Origin: Eledone cirrhosa
Taxonomy: Eukaryota
DNA length: 64,000 nucleotides
Direction of reading: 5' to 3'
Assembly (NCBI GenBank): GCA_964016885.1
Contig: OZ024742.1
Coordinates: forward strand, 36,394,001 to 36,458,000
The notes under the pieces were generated by a model. It was not told the DNA's origin. It worked only from the letters and a program-made list of their open reading frames with translations, and did not search any database. Below are positions 13,120 to 26,279 of this stretch, in pieces (the first letter of the stretch is position 1; the number at the start of each line of letters is the position of its first letter). A program made the position numbers and the translations under genes.

Positions 13120-13566
13120 CTGTGTGCGCGCGGGTGGGGGTGTTTGTTTGTGTGCATGTGTATGTGTATGTATATTTGTGTATGTGTGTGTGCGCGAATG
13201 TATGTGTTTTCGGGTGTGTGTGTGTGTATGCGTGTGCTTCTGTATGCACCGATATACACGTGATCGCGTAATTCATGTAGCTATGAACATTTTACAAAAA
13301 TCCTTTCTTTGTTCTTAGTTGTCATAATTAATTAATCATACACACACATATATACAGAATATACATATATTTACTATGAATTTTTGTGGTTGAATGTTGG
13401 CACAATGTTAGGTAAATTTGTATGTATGTATGTATGTATGTATGTATGTATGTATGTATGTATGTATGTATGTATGTATGTATGTATTATGTATGTATGT
13501 ATGTATGTATGTATGTATGTATGTATGTATGTATGTATGTATGTATGTATGTATGTATGTATGTAT

Positions 13567-13953
13567 GAGATGACCCCTTAGCCTTTGTCAAGGCAGAATT
13601 CTAGGAGAAGGAAAACTCTGATCGTATCCAATGATGTTGATTTGTTCTTCTTTTTGGTAAATATCATCTTGGTTAAGAGAGTGGGACTGGCTTTGTGCAG
13701 TGCCTTTGCTCACTATAAAAGCTTCACGGCACAGGCATTGCTTTATATCTGGAGATCTCTCTGCACTTGTCGTCACATGGTACCATGGGCCCAGTACTAT
13801 GTGTCAATAATTGTCACAAGTGTAGTGTTTGTACCAGAGTTTTCAAGTCGCTGGCTCGACTAAAAAGTCACACTCGTTCAGGGCATCGGTAGGGATTCTC
13901 CTACATGGATATAAAGTAGTGGCCGTACTCGAAAACGAGTTGGCAGCCACCAT
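13567..13953 (+). mobile_element. Non-autonomous RTE-like retroelement embedded in (GTAT)n
   Basis: Near-identical to the reverse complements of 25588-25993 and 57583-57990; contains ctaggagaaggaaaactctga; 3' end ggccgtactcg..cgag..gcagccaccat(gtat)n. Confidence 0.85.
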
Positions 13954-14088
13954 GTATGTATGTATGTGTGTGCGTGTGTGTGTTTATGTATGCATGTGTA
14001 TATATACATAGTGTATGTTGGTATGTATGCTTGTATGCAATGCATGTCTCTTCTGCCTGTCTATCTGTCTGTCTGCATATATACATAT

Positions 14089-14169
<81 letters not shown>

Positions 14170-14174
<5 letters not shown>

Positions 14175-14530
14175 ATACTTTGGCAGGGTCATGTTGCCAA
14201 TAAGAAACAGACGCACCAGTGCTTTCACTCCAATTTATTATAAATTTATAAATTTCCGGTTGGTTGATTGGTTCCACAACCGGACGGTTGTTCATATATT
14301 GTCAAAGTTCTTTCGTCACACATGCTGTGACCTCTTCAGTGACTGGGGATTCTTCTCTTTGTTTTGTACCTCTCCTTTGTTCTATCCTACGCCATCTTGT
14401 TTTTGTGTGTGTTGTGTGCTTAGTTTGCGCATGTGTTACATCCGGGTGTCTGTGTGTATTTTTATTTGTTTATTTATTTGTTTATTTACATGTTACTGGA
14501 TGGTTGTTTGTTCTATGTGTGTGTGTTTTC

Positions 14531-14533
<3 letters not shown>
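14170..14533 (-). mobile_element. Solo pLTR fragment of Penelope family A with hammerhead (14301-14343)
   Basis: Homologous to 3479-3860; (TA)n on both sides; minus-strand GUCA-CUGAAGA..GAAA-GAAC-UU-UGAC. Confidence 0.88.
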
Positions 14534-14572
<39 letters not shown>

Positions 14573-14636
14573 AGTGTATATATATATATATATATATGCA
14601 CGCATATATATATATACATATATATATATATACATG

Positions 14637-14704
<68 letters not shown>

Positions 14705-14734
14705 TGTATGTATATATATATATATATATATATG

Positions 14735-14777
<43 letters not shown>

Positions 14778-14868
14778 TAATATATATATATATACATATT
14801 TATATATATATATATATATACATACATATATTTATATATGTATGTATATATGTATACATATGTATATC

Positions 14869-14978
<110 letters not shown>

Positions 14979-15049
14979 CACATATATATATAAATATATA
15001 TATACATAGACATATATATATATATACATAGACATATATATATACATAG

Positions 15050-15103
<54 letters not shown>

Positions 15104-15316
15104 GAGAAAGGGGGCATTTAAATTAAGTAATATAGCCATCCGTTTATAAGATGTAATTAAAATATATAATTACTTAATCTAATAAATATGTTTCCCGATA
15201 GACTGTCTTTGTACATCAGTATGACACTGTGTTATATCTTCTAATGTTTCTTTGGCTTTCAAAATGGAATGTACGTGTGCACCATTTGTCACGTGCAAGG
15301 TTTAATTATATCTATC

Positions 15317-15348
<32 letters not shown>

Positions 15349-15409
15349 TGTATGTATGTATGTATGTATGTATGTATGTATGTATGTATGTATGTATGTA
15401 TGTATGTAT

Positions 15410-15613
15410 CCTTTTCGGGTAGTGTTTTCGATGCTCAGAGAGTGGGATGGGTCGAGTGCAAGGCCCTTCTCCACTTAAAAAACCTTCAAAGCACAAGCAT
15501 TGCTTGTTCAAGATATGTTACAGGTTCGTGTGGCTGACCGTATCCTAAAGTGCACAATTTTCTGTAATCTGACAAACGATTTCAACACTCTACGCAGAGT
15601 TTGCAGCCACCAT
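15410..15613 (+). mobile_element. Diverged short relative of the (GTAT)n-embedded element
   Basis: gagagtgggat..gtgca..ccacttaaaaaaccttc..gcacaagcattgc, and terminal gcagccaccat(gtat). Confidence 0.6.
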
Positions 15614-15736
15614 GTATGTATCTATCTATGTATGTATGTAGGTTTGTTTGTCTGTTTGTATGAATGTATGTTTATATGAATGGATGGATGGATAGAAGGA
15701 TGGATGCACGTATGCTTGGATGTATGTATGTACCTA

Positions 15737-16545
15737 TACTCCGCCGAAACCTGGACGCTATTCCATGAACATCAAATTGATTAAGCGTTTTCAGGAGAAA
15801 TGTCTGAGGCGCATATTCAGTATCATGTGGCAAGACAGAACTACTGACATCAATGCCCTTGTCAAAGCAGAATGTCCAAGCATTGAATCCCAAGTAAGAT
15901 TTTCTCAAGTGCGCTTGACAGGACATATTGTCCGCATGAAAGAAAGAAGGATCCCGAAGCAACTGTTTTACGGTGAGCTCCATCTTGGAAAAAGGCCTCA
16001 ACACAAACCGAAAATTAGTTAAAAGGACAGCATCAAGAACAACCTCAAAGACCTGGCATTTGATATAGACAGCTGGGAGGAGATAGCTCTAAATAGGGTT
16101 GAATGGAGAAAGCGTATAAATGGCAGTTGCAAAACCTTTGAGGAATGCCGCCTAGAATATAAATAACTAAAACGTCAGCTCCAGAAGGGTTATGCTCACA
16201 GTCTTGATTATGACATCAATAGTTGGACATGCAAATTCTGTCAGAGAGTATTCCTCTCAAAAGCTGGTCACGTTAATTACCTGAAGTCATATGAAAGAAT
16301 AACCAACCGCAACACGTGCGTGATAAGCAACGTAATGTGTAGAGCTAATTCTGGACTAAAAAAACACATGGTTGTGCATAAAGATTGTATCCCACAAAAT
16401 GACCCCACCGGTCCTGTGGAAAGCACAACTCTCTTCTGTCACATGTGTTGTAAACCATGCAGATCTACAGCTGGTCTACAAAGTCATCTACGAAGTCATG
16501 GATGCGGATGGGATGACAATAAAGACACTGCAATTCTCATGTATA
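15737..16545 (+). pseudogene. RTE-clade LINE 3' fragment with three degenerate C2H2 zinc fingers
   Basis: FQEKCLRRI, RLTGHIVRMKERRIPKQLFYGEL..GKRPQHKPK, then CKFC..SKAG, C....C..NSGLKKHMVVH and CHMC..STAGLQSHLRSH; internal stops and a frameshift. Confidence 0.88.
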
Positions 16546-16955
16546 TATGTATGTTCGCATGTTTGTTGATGCAGGCATTAGACGTTGGCGTGAAGAGTTA
16601 GTCCACAATTCATTATGGCTAATGTGATTGAGTAAAATCCCGATCGATTTCGATGAAAACTTACATTTATCGTTATTCACGGCCATACACGATTTCGGAG
16701 CAAAATTTTAGGATTTGGGTAACTCTTTATGTGCTTTAGGACTTGCGAGGCTATTCTGTAATGGAAAGGTGACCTAACGCTTGTAAGACTGACTGTGTAC
16801 TCCGCTAAAAGAAGTCTTGCTTGAAATGGTGCTGTTAAGCTGGGTGACAGATTAAGTCAACCACGAACATTCTCTCTAAATTTTCCCACTTGTAGCAACA
16901 TTTGATGTTTGGGGCAATATACATACATACACAAATACACAGACACATATGTGTA

Positions 16956-17034
<79 letters not shown>

Positions 17035-17115
17035 GGTAAACAGAAATAACAACACAATCGGTACAGTATATGGAAGGGATATATTAGGTTAACTCTTGAT
17101 ATAGCAGGAATAAGG

Positions 17116-17150
17116 TCTTAACGTTTCGGACGCTAGTTCTTCATCAGAGG
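17116..17150 (-). ncRNA. Minimal hammerhead motif (family B)
   Basis: CUGAUGA-A-GAAC-uagc-GUCC-GAAA-CG-UU-AAGA with palindromic AACGUU in stem III; one stem II mismatch. Confidence 0.6.
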
Positions 17151-17173
17151 AAAGAATGAAAAATAAGATAGAT

Positions 17174-17370
17174 TGACCCCGACGGCAGATCTCAGGCCGT
17201 TTCGACGGCTATTTCTGGACTGGTATTTCGCTCCCAGAAATAGCCGTTGAAACGGCTTGAGCTCTGCCGTCGGGGACCTGACTCTTTTCCTGTTACCCAC
17301 TCTACTACCCCAAGTTTCGAGTATTCTGGTGCGTTATGGTTCACATGGTTCCTCACCACACTTCCTTCGT

Positions 17371-17372
<2 letters not shown>
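17174..17372 (+). mobile_element. Fold-back element family F, copy 2
   Basis: Palindrome gaccccgacggcaga..tctgccgtcgggg followed by the same unique tail as 3205-3295 (inverted). Confidence 0.8.
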
Positions 17373-17403
<31 letters not shown>

Positions 17404-17410
17404 GTCTGTG

Positions 17411-17618
17411 TTGTTATAATCTGGGAGAGTCATATGTTGAAAAGGTCACAGAATGTCTAACGAAAGAGTTTTGACAAAGAACTGCCCGGTTGCTAAAGCA
17501 ACAGATAAATGCTAAGACAACGAATTAATGGAACATGAACCTGACTAGTAATAACAGCGAAGAGAAAATCAGGTCGTGCGGGTGTTTTTAGTGGCAGCAT
17601 GACTCTCCCAAAATATAA
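17411..17618. mobile_element. Old fold-back relic of Penelope family A with a decayed hammerhead (17437-17475)
   Basis: Inverted termini ttgttataatctgggagagtcat / atgactctcccaaaatataa; internal ggtcacagaatgtctaacgaaagagttttgac. Confidence 0.6.
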
Positions 17619-17879
17619 ATATATTTCAACACATGAATTCACGTCAGGAATCTTGTAAAACAAATACAAAAACGGTACATGCATACATACATATATACAT
17701 ACATATATATATATAAATACATACATATATACATACATATATATAAATAAATGCATACATACGTATGTAAATGCATACATATATACATACATATATATAT
17801 AAATAAATACATACATACGTATGTAAATGCATACATACATACATATAAAAATACATACATACATGCATACATACATATA

Positions 17880-20800
17880 TAAAATGGCGACCGTTGTGGT
17901 CAGTGTCCGATAATCGGACGTGTGTAATTACGGCTTACATGAAGGCAACATATCATATATTGGAAAAAGTTGAGCTACATTACGCGGTAAGATTACATAC
18001 AATAATTCTACATAAGTGTTTGAACTGTAAGTTTGTTGTAAAACACCTATTTATATGAACGATACATACACTTATGATATATGAACGATACATACACTTT
18101 AACATATAAATGCAACGTTGTTATATTACATTTATAAAGAAATATACAAGTAACGTTTTCGATTCAGAAACAAAAATATAAGTGTTTGAACTGTGAATAT
18201 GTTGTGAATAGGTTGTAGAACACCTATTTATATGAATGATACATAAACTTTAACATATAAATACAGCGTTGTTATATTATATTACATTCATAAAGGAATA
18301 TACTAAGTAACGGTTCTTTTTGTTCTCGATTCAAACGATTCAAGAACAACGTTTAAAACACAGTTGTAGAATTAAAAACTAACTGAAAAGAAATATTACC
18401 CAAGCTGTGAATAACTTTAAATTTGATTCTGACAGAACTTTGTCGTAACTTTTAAAGAAGATCATCGACTATTTTGAAAAATAAATACGAAATATTAGTG
18501 AATAGACGAACTCATCATGGCAAAAAGTACAAGTCTCCTTCGACCAAATCGCAATTACAACCGTTGTACACAGTGGAGCTACGAGCTTAACAAAGTATTA
18601 TATGAAGCATACAAACAATCTGAACCCCAAAAGTTCGGTTTTATGCAAAGGCTAAAAACTTTATGGAACTCCAAACACGCAGAATTAGACTTTTCTCCAA
18701 AGCATTTAAATGAACAGGCAAAACGTATCATTAGATGTAAATTGATACATCTAACGGAATTGAGTGATACTATAAATACAGCCCTTGTAGACAACCACCC
18801 CACCTCCACTGACAGACAAAGAGAATGGCCAGCTAAATCTAACAGTGAACAGCTCACCAACAATTTTGCTGAAATCCATCCCACTTCCACTGAAGAACAG
18901 CGAGAAAGGTCAGCTGACTCTAGTAGTAATTGTCACCACATCAACAACGAGGCTGAAATTCATGACTCTACTGAACAAACAGAGCACCAAAAACTTGTGG
19001 GCTCCCTACAAGTGATATGGAACGATATGTTTCAAGAGATACACAGCCTTAATGTGAGTGACAGACCATACAACACTAGAGTCAGTAAAGAACCCACTAA
19101 ATTGGAATTGGAAGCGGTGAACGAAATAGCTGGCAGTTATCTGAAGGCTATACGATCTAAAGGTGTAGAAACGACATTTGAAACGCTTAATGTTTTGTTA
19201 TATGTTTCAGCTGTCACATTGCTATCATATAACACACATCTAAAACCACGCAATCAAGATACAAGCAGAAAGCCTGAACCAGCGTGGATGCGAAATTTAA
19301 AAACCAAAATGTTGTCCCTGAGACGAAGTATCTCACACATCGCAGTCGTTATGAAATGCAACATAGAGAGCAACTTCACACGACACCAGGAAGACCTAAA
19401 GAAAAAGTTAGAGAGACGATTTGGAGATACAAAATTTAAAACTTTGAACTCCAAATTACACCAGTTGAAACAACTCACAGCTACAACAGAAAGACTGAAA
19501 TATAAGTCAACAGCACATAAACGACAAGTGCTAGATAGATTGTTTGCCAGAGATCCTAAATCAGTTTATCGCAGCTTCAGTGGCAAAAGCTCAATCTCTG
19601 TAAATGACACCCCTTCAAAAGAACAGGTTGAGAGCTACTGGAGATCTGTATGGGAAACGGATGACAGATTCAACAGACAAAATAATTGGCTAAAAGAACT
19701 GGAACAGGACTACTGCCAACATGTCCAGACAAAACAATATGACATAGATGGGTCAATACTGGAAACAGCTCTACAGAAAATGTCGAATAGGAAATCGCCA
19801 GGCCCAGACCTCATTACAGGATACTGGTTGAAGAATTTCCCTTTCTATCGGCAAGATCTCATACGGCTGTTTACAGAAACCATTAAGGGCACACAAGAAC
19901 TGCCCAGATGGTTATCAACTGCCTCTACTCTCCTCATTCACAAAAATAGCCAAACCACCCTTGCTAAAAATTACCGCCCAATTGCCTGCCAAAACATCAT
20001 GTATAAATTATATACTGGGTGCCTTAACCTGTTCTTACAGGATCACTGTGCTACCAACAACATCATAACACCTGAGCAAGCTGGTGGAAAGAGGGAGGTG
20101 TGGGGTTGCATAGATCACCTACTAACTAACAAAATGATTCAGGAAAAAACAACAAGGAATCTCAGAAACATGACTGTCGTGTGGCTGGACTATCAAAAAG
20201 CATTTGATAGTGTACCTCATGGGTGGATTGTTAAGGCTTTACAGTTAGCTAAAGTCCCACAACCATTGGTAGCTGCTGTTGAACGCCTGACCAAGAACTG
20301 GTACACCAGTTTGATCCTTAGAGGTGAGAAGGAGCAGGTTAAGACTGATAAGATACATTACCAGAAGGGCATCTTTCAGGGTGATAGCTTGTCAGTGCTA
20401 CTCTTCGTTCTCTCACTGAATCCACTATCTTACCTACTCAGGAAACAAGGTGGACAAAGAAGTGGGCCCAGAAGTATCTCCCATCTTTTCTTTGTTGATG
20501 ACCTGAAGTTGTATGGGCCAAATATCAATGACATCAAGAAACAATTGGACCTCATTACACAATTTTCAACCGACATCAAAATGAAATTTGGTGAGTCCAA
20601 GTGTGCATATTTGGCAGTAAAACGTGGAAGAGCTGTGCCCTCCTCTAGAAATCTAGAGATGAACGCCCTGACAATACAACCTCTATAGTCAGGTGACAAC
20701 TACAGATATCTTGGACAGGATGAGAATGTCAGATATGATGGACCCATAAATAAGGAGAGAACCAGAACTGAATACCTCAGAAGAGTAAAGAAAATATGGT

Positions 20801-22100
20801 CATCAGAACTGTCAGCATACAACAAATACATTGCCCACAATACTTATGCTGTGCCAATTCTAACGCCAACATTTGGCCTACTGAACTGGTCATTGCAAGA
20901 ACTAAGTGAGATGGATGTTAGAACTCGAAAACTTCTCAGTGTTACTGGGAACTTTAACGTCAATGGTGATGTGGATAGGCTATATTTCTCACGCAAGGAA
21001 GGTCGCCGGGGTCTAAAATCAATATTAACAACATATGAGACCCGGATAGTAACACTGAAGCAACACCTTCAAAAGAGGAAAAAGGTTGGCAACCATCTTG
21101 CCCAGGTTTATGACCATGAAAAAAGAAATATCATTAGAATAGCGACTGATCTGGAGAGATATGGAATAAAGCCTGATATAAATCTCTCACCCAGAGAAAT
21201 CGGAAGATCCTATTCAATGTTCAAACAAGATAAAAAAAATTGACCAATTTACAGAAAAGGTTGTGCATGGATACTTGAGGCGTAAAACACAGACCATAGA
21301 GGGGATAAACCACTCAAAAAGCCTGGCATGGAGTTCCGACAAGTTTATGACATCACACCTTGAGGGATATCTCTATGCAATACAGGAACAAGAACTGCCT
21401 ACCAAATATCTGCTGCACAAAAGAGGAGGGCCAGCAGCTGACAATAAATGTAGGCTATGTAAAACAAAGATCGAGGATGTAAGCCACATTGTTGCCAGCT
21501 GCGAAAGAATGTCACCTCGCTACTACCTCCCCATGAGACACGATGGGATAGCTAGAACCATCTGGAACGCACTTCGGAAAACAAAATTAACAACAAACGA
21601 GGAAGAATATATTGAGACAGATGGCACTAAGGAATACTGGTGGAACCTGAAAATAAAAACTGCCACCAAATTAAAGCACAACCGGCCTGATATTGTAGTT
21701 TGGGGCCACACATTGAAAACGTGTTCTGTTGTGGAGATCAGCTGCCCACTTGATGTAAACGTTGTCAGAAAAATACAGGAGAAGGAGGACATCTACGGAC
21801 CATTGATGAGGAGTTTACAAATCCAGTATCCAAGATACACCTTTAGCTTCATACCCATCATTATTGGTGCTACGGGTTATATACCAACCCGCTTGGACCA
21901 AAGTATGACTGAACTTGGATTTGCGGACAAAAAGCGCAGCTCCCCAATTCATAGTCTACAAATAGCTGCGATAGCTGGCACCTTCAAAATTTGCAAAACA
22001 TTCTTGCGATTCAAGGGATGACAATTTCTTTTCTTTTACAACCTTGCCACCAGGAAGGTGGCCGGTCAAAAAAATATACTCGAAATTAAGAGAAAGAGAC
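17880..22100 (+). mobile_element. Near full-length RLE-type non-LTR retrotransposon (R4/Dong-like), flanked by ATAC-type repeats
   Basis: About 640-bp 5' region with internal direct repeats, a single long RT-RLE frame, and a short 3' UTR ending in catagatacatac. Confidence 0.88.
18517..22021 (+). pseudogene. RT + CCHC + restriction-like endonuclease polyprotein, with one in-frame stop (20686-20688) and one frameshift (~21240)
   Basis: KSPGPD, NYRPIAC, WLDYQKAFDSVPH, GIFQGDSLS, HLFFVDDLKLY, CRLC..HIVASC, RHD, RPDIVV, VVEISCP. Confidence 0.93.
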
Positions 22101-22334
22101 ATAGATACATACTAAATATATATTCTGGAGTGTCATTTAAACATATGGCACCTATTTTGGGAAAGCACCGTTTACATTTTCTTTAAAACAATATTTAAAA
22201 CATCCTGCTTCAGGTATGTCACGTGGTTATTGTTGTTCTTCTTCTTCATCATCCAACAATCGTGGGTAGATAATGTATTTCGAATATGCATCAACTGAAC
22301 AAAAACCATCATTATCATCACCACCAAGGGCGAT

Positions 22335-22706
22335 GGATTGGCAGAATCGGTAGAGCGTCGGACAATATGATTTACAGCATAGAGTCACAGCTCTTTACGT
22401 TCTCAGTTCAAATCCCGCCGAGGTTAGCTTTGCCATTCATCCTTACGGGGTCGATAAAGTACCAGTAATACACTGGGGTCGATTTAATCAACTTGCCGTC
22501 CCACCAAATTGTTGGCCTTGTACCTGAATTGGCAGTATCGGTGGAGGGTTGGACGCCATGCTTTCTAGCATAGTTACGTCCCTTTACGGTCTGAGTTCAA
22601 ATACCGCCGAGCTTAACTTTGCCTTACATCCTTACGGGGCCGATAAAATAAAGTACCAGTAATCCACTGGGTTATTGATGGCCTTGTGCCACAAGTAGAA
22701 ACAATT
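22335..22706 (+). mobile_element. Two tandem tRNA-derived SINE family 1 copies
   Basis: A-box tggcagaatcgg / tggcagtatcgg, B-box gttcaaatcc / gttcaaatac, shared core ccttacggggtcgataaa. Confidence 0.85.
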
Positions 22707-22799
22707 ATTATCATCACTACTATTAACATCATCACTACTACCAACATCATCACCAACATCACCCACCACCACTGCCATCACAAAAATTCCAATGAAAAT

Positions 22800-24025
22800 A
22801 TCCCTACCACCACCACCATCACCACCACCACCTCCACTACCACTACCACCACTACCACTACCACCACCACCACCACTACCACCGCTACCACCACCACCAC
22901 CACCACCACCACCACCACCACCACTACCACCACTACCACCACTACCACCACCACTACCACTACCACCACGACCACCAATACTACCCCCTCCCACTACCAC
23001 CACTACCACCCCCACTACCACCAAAACCACCACTACCACCACCACTACCAGTAATACCAAATCTACCACCACTACCACCACCACCACTACCACCACCACC
23101 AACACCACCACCACTACCACCACCACCACTACCACCACTACCACCACCACCACCACCACCACTAACACCACCACCACCACTAACACCACCACCACCACCA
23201 CTACCTTCACCACCATACCACCACCACCACTTCCACCACCACCACCACCACCACCACTACCACTACATCCACCTCTACCACTACCACCACCATTACCACC
23301 ACTACCACCACCACCACTACCACCACCACCACATCCACCACCACCACCCCTACCACCACATCCACCACCACCACCCCTACCACCACATCCACCACCACCA
23401 CCCCTACCCCCACATCTACCACCATCACCACTAACACCACCACCACTAACACCACCACTACCACCACCACTACCACCCCATCCACCACCACCACCCCTAC
23501 CACCACATCCACCACCACCACCCCTACCACCACATCCACCACCACCACCCCTACCCCCACATCTACCACCATCACCACTAACACCACCACCACTAACACC
23601 ACCACTACCACCACCACTACCACCCCATCCACCACCACCACCCCTACCACCACATCCACCACCACCACCCCTACCACCACATCCACCACCACCACCCCTA
23701 CCCCCACATCTACCACCATCACCACTAACACCACCACCACTAACACCACCACTACCACCACCACTACCACCCCATCCACCACCACCACCCCTACCACCAC
23801 ATCCACCACCACCACCCCTACCACCACATCCACCACCACCACCCCTACCCCCACATCTACCACCATCACCACTAACACCACCACCACTAACACCACCACT
23901 ACCACCACCACTACCACCCCATCCACCACCACCACCCCTACCACCACATCCACCACTACCACCCCTACCACCACATCTACCACCACCACCACTACCACCA
24001 CCACTACCACCACCCCTACCACCAC
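22800..24025. repeat. (CCA/CTA)n tract with a 147-bp higher-order repeat
   Basis: cccctacccccacatctaccaccatcacc recurs at 23401, 23548, 23695 and 23842. Confidence 0.9.
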
Positions 24026-24084
24026 ATTCCTTCCATGGATATTCTAAACATATGCCAGTAGTATCAGAGTTGTGATCTCTAGAA

Positions 24085-24640
24085 TTAGGAGGAGTAGCAA
24101 CTCTACCTGGGACGTTTCCCTGTTCTCCGTTCTATGCACCCTATCCACCAACGTTACCCCAAAAGCCTTCTGAGGAGCCTCATTTCGACCGCTTCTATTC
24201 TCGACCAAGATTCATGATCATAGATGAGGGTATGCACGGATAGAGAATTGAAGATAGCGAGTTTGGCTTTTACACCTACCCACTTCTGCTGAAGCTGGCG
24301 TATTACTGCACTAGCCGTGTAATTCTTGCATTTTATTTAGCATCCTGCCCTCCATCACTCGTGAAAACTGCCCGAAATACTTTTCCGTCTGCTTTAGTAG
24401 AACTCGGCTCACATGCAGAGTGCATTGTGCAGACTTCCTTAAGAGGACGTGTGTCTCAGTTGCGGCACTGATTTTCTTTCACACCGTGCATCACTCGGCA
24501 ACAAACCTAATTAGTGCTTGTCGGAGATCACCTTCTAACGAGTTAAGTAATACTATGTTGTCCGCAAATTCCAGCCAACTGATTCTACACCTGCCAACCG
24601 CGACAGCACTTTCAACTCGGCTGCGCATGTCTTTCCTTAG
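24085..24640 (-). pseudogene. Decayed RTE-type RT fragment (same family as 43258-43890)
   Basis: The reverse complement contains gtgtagaatcagttggctggaatttgcggacaacatagtattacttaactcg, matching 43470-43520 (LEFADD-like motif). Confidence 0.7.
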
Positions 24641-24873
24641 CGGAGTCTGGCTCCCACATTGAATGGTTTCGATTTAGCACCATTTATCCGAACACATATA
24701 CTTCTGAGGAAAACGGTGTGATGATCAGGGATTTCGAAACTAGAAATAGATAGTAATATAACCACTACCTATTAGTCAATATATCGATCTACAATAATCA
24801 ATAAACCCTCTGCAACGATCCTAAAACAATGAACTAATTAACAAGATATCTTTTTTTTTATCTTCATAGTTCA

Positions 24874-24936
<63 letters not shown>

Positions 24937-24991
24937 TATATATATATATATATATATTTCATAGCTGTATATTAATATGTAATGGTACTAA

Positions 24992-25172
24992 TAATTGTTT
25001 CTACTTTTGGCACAAGGCCAGCAATTACCCAGTACATTACTGGTACTTATTTTTTCGACCCCGTAAGGATGAAAGGCAAAGTCAACCTCGACGGGATTTG
25101 AACTCAGATCGTAAAGGGACGTAACTATGCTGGAAAGCATGGCGTCCGACCCTCTACCGATACTGCCAATCC
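24992..25172 (-). mobile_element. tRNA-derived SINE family 1
   Basis: Full A/B box head and core on the minus strand. Confidence 0.85.
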
Positions 25173-25338
25173 ATAATAAAATAAAATTATACTCGACCGC
25201 CTGCTGTGTTCATAGCTCTAACCATTTACACAATAAACATTAAATACTCATTTTAAATACTGGTCCATTTGTTCTATGTACGAAGACTACCAACAGTATA
25301 CATACATACATATATACATACATACATATATGTATATA

Positions 25339-25403
<65 letters not shown>

Positions 25404-25435
25404 ATATATACGTATATATACATATAAATAAATAA

Positions 25436-25487
<52 letters not shown>

Positions 25488-25587
25488 CCCCACTCTCATG
25501 CGTGAAACTAAAAACCATACCATCTGTTTTTTGTTCTCTGTTCATTTATTCAACTATCTATATATATTTATATACATATATATATAT

Positions 25588-26175
25588 ATGGTGGCTGCCA
25601 ACTCGTTTTCGAGTACGGCCACTACTTTATATCCATGTAGGAGAACCCCTACCGATGCGCTGAACGAGTGTGACTTTTTAGTCCAGCCAGCGACTTGAAA
25701 ACTCTGGTACAAACACTACACTTGTGACAATTATTGACACATAGTGCTGGGCCCATGGTACCATGTGACGACAAGTGCAAAGAGATCTCCAGATAGAAAG
25801 CAATGCCTGTGCCGTGAAGCTTTTATAGTGAGCAAAGGCACTGCACAAAGCCAGTCCCACTCTCTTAACCAAGATGATATTTACCAAAAAGAAGAACAAG
25901 TCAACATCATTGGATACTATCAGGGTTGCAGGTGTTATATCAGAGTTTTCCTTCTCCTAGAATTATGCCTTGACAAAGCCAAAGGGGTCATCTCTCCCGG
26001 TGATTTTGGATGGCCATTGACTCTTAAGAGCTCCTTTGCCCTTTGACAGGTTTTGTTTTTAGTCCTGCAGGATGTCCAAAGTCACCCTCCTCACCAAGAA
26101 ACCTTGGTGGGGTTGCCAGTTTAGTCGCCAACGACCCGACCATGAGACAGGTTGTACTGGGATACATTTTACCAT
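25588..26175 (-). mobile_element. Longest copy of the non-autonomous RTE-like element (extra ~185-bp 5' segment)
   Basis: 25588-25993 matches the 13567 and 57583 copies; 25994-26175 matches 40636-40785 and 52230-52385. Confidence 0.85.
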
Positions 26176-26211
26176 GTATATATATATATATATATATGTA
26201 TATACATACAT

Positions 26212-26279
<68 letters not shown>

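Noticed and set aside
22792-24075. Formin/extensin-like polyproline gene
   Set aside because: Pure (CCA)n-derived sequence with no flanking domains.
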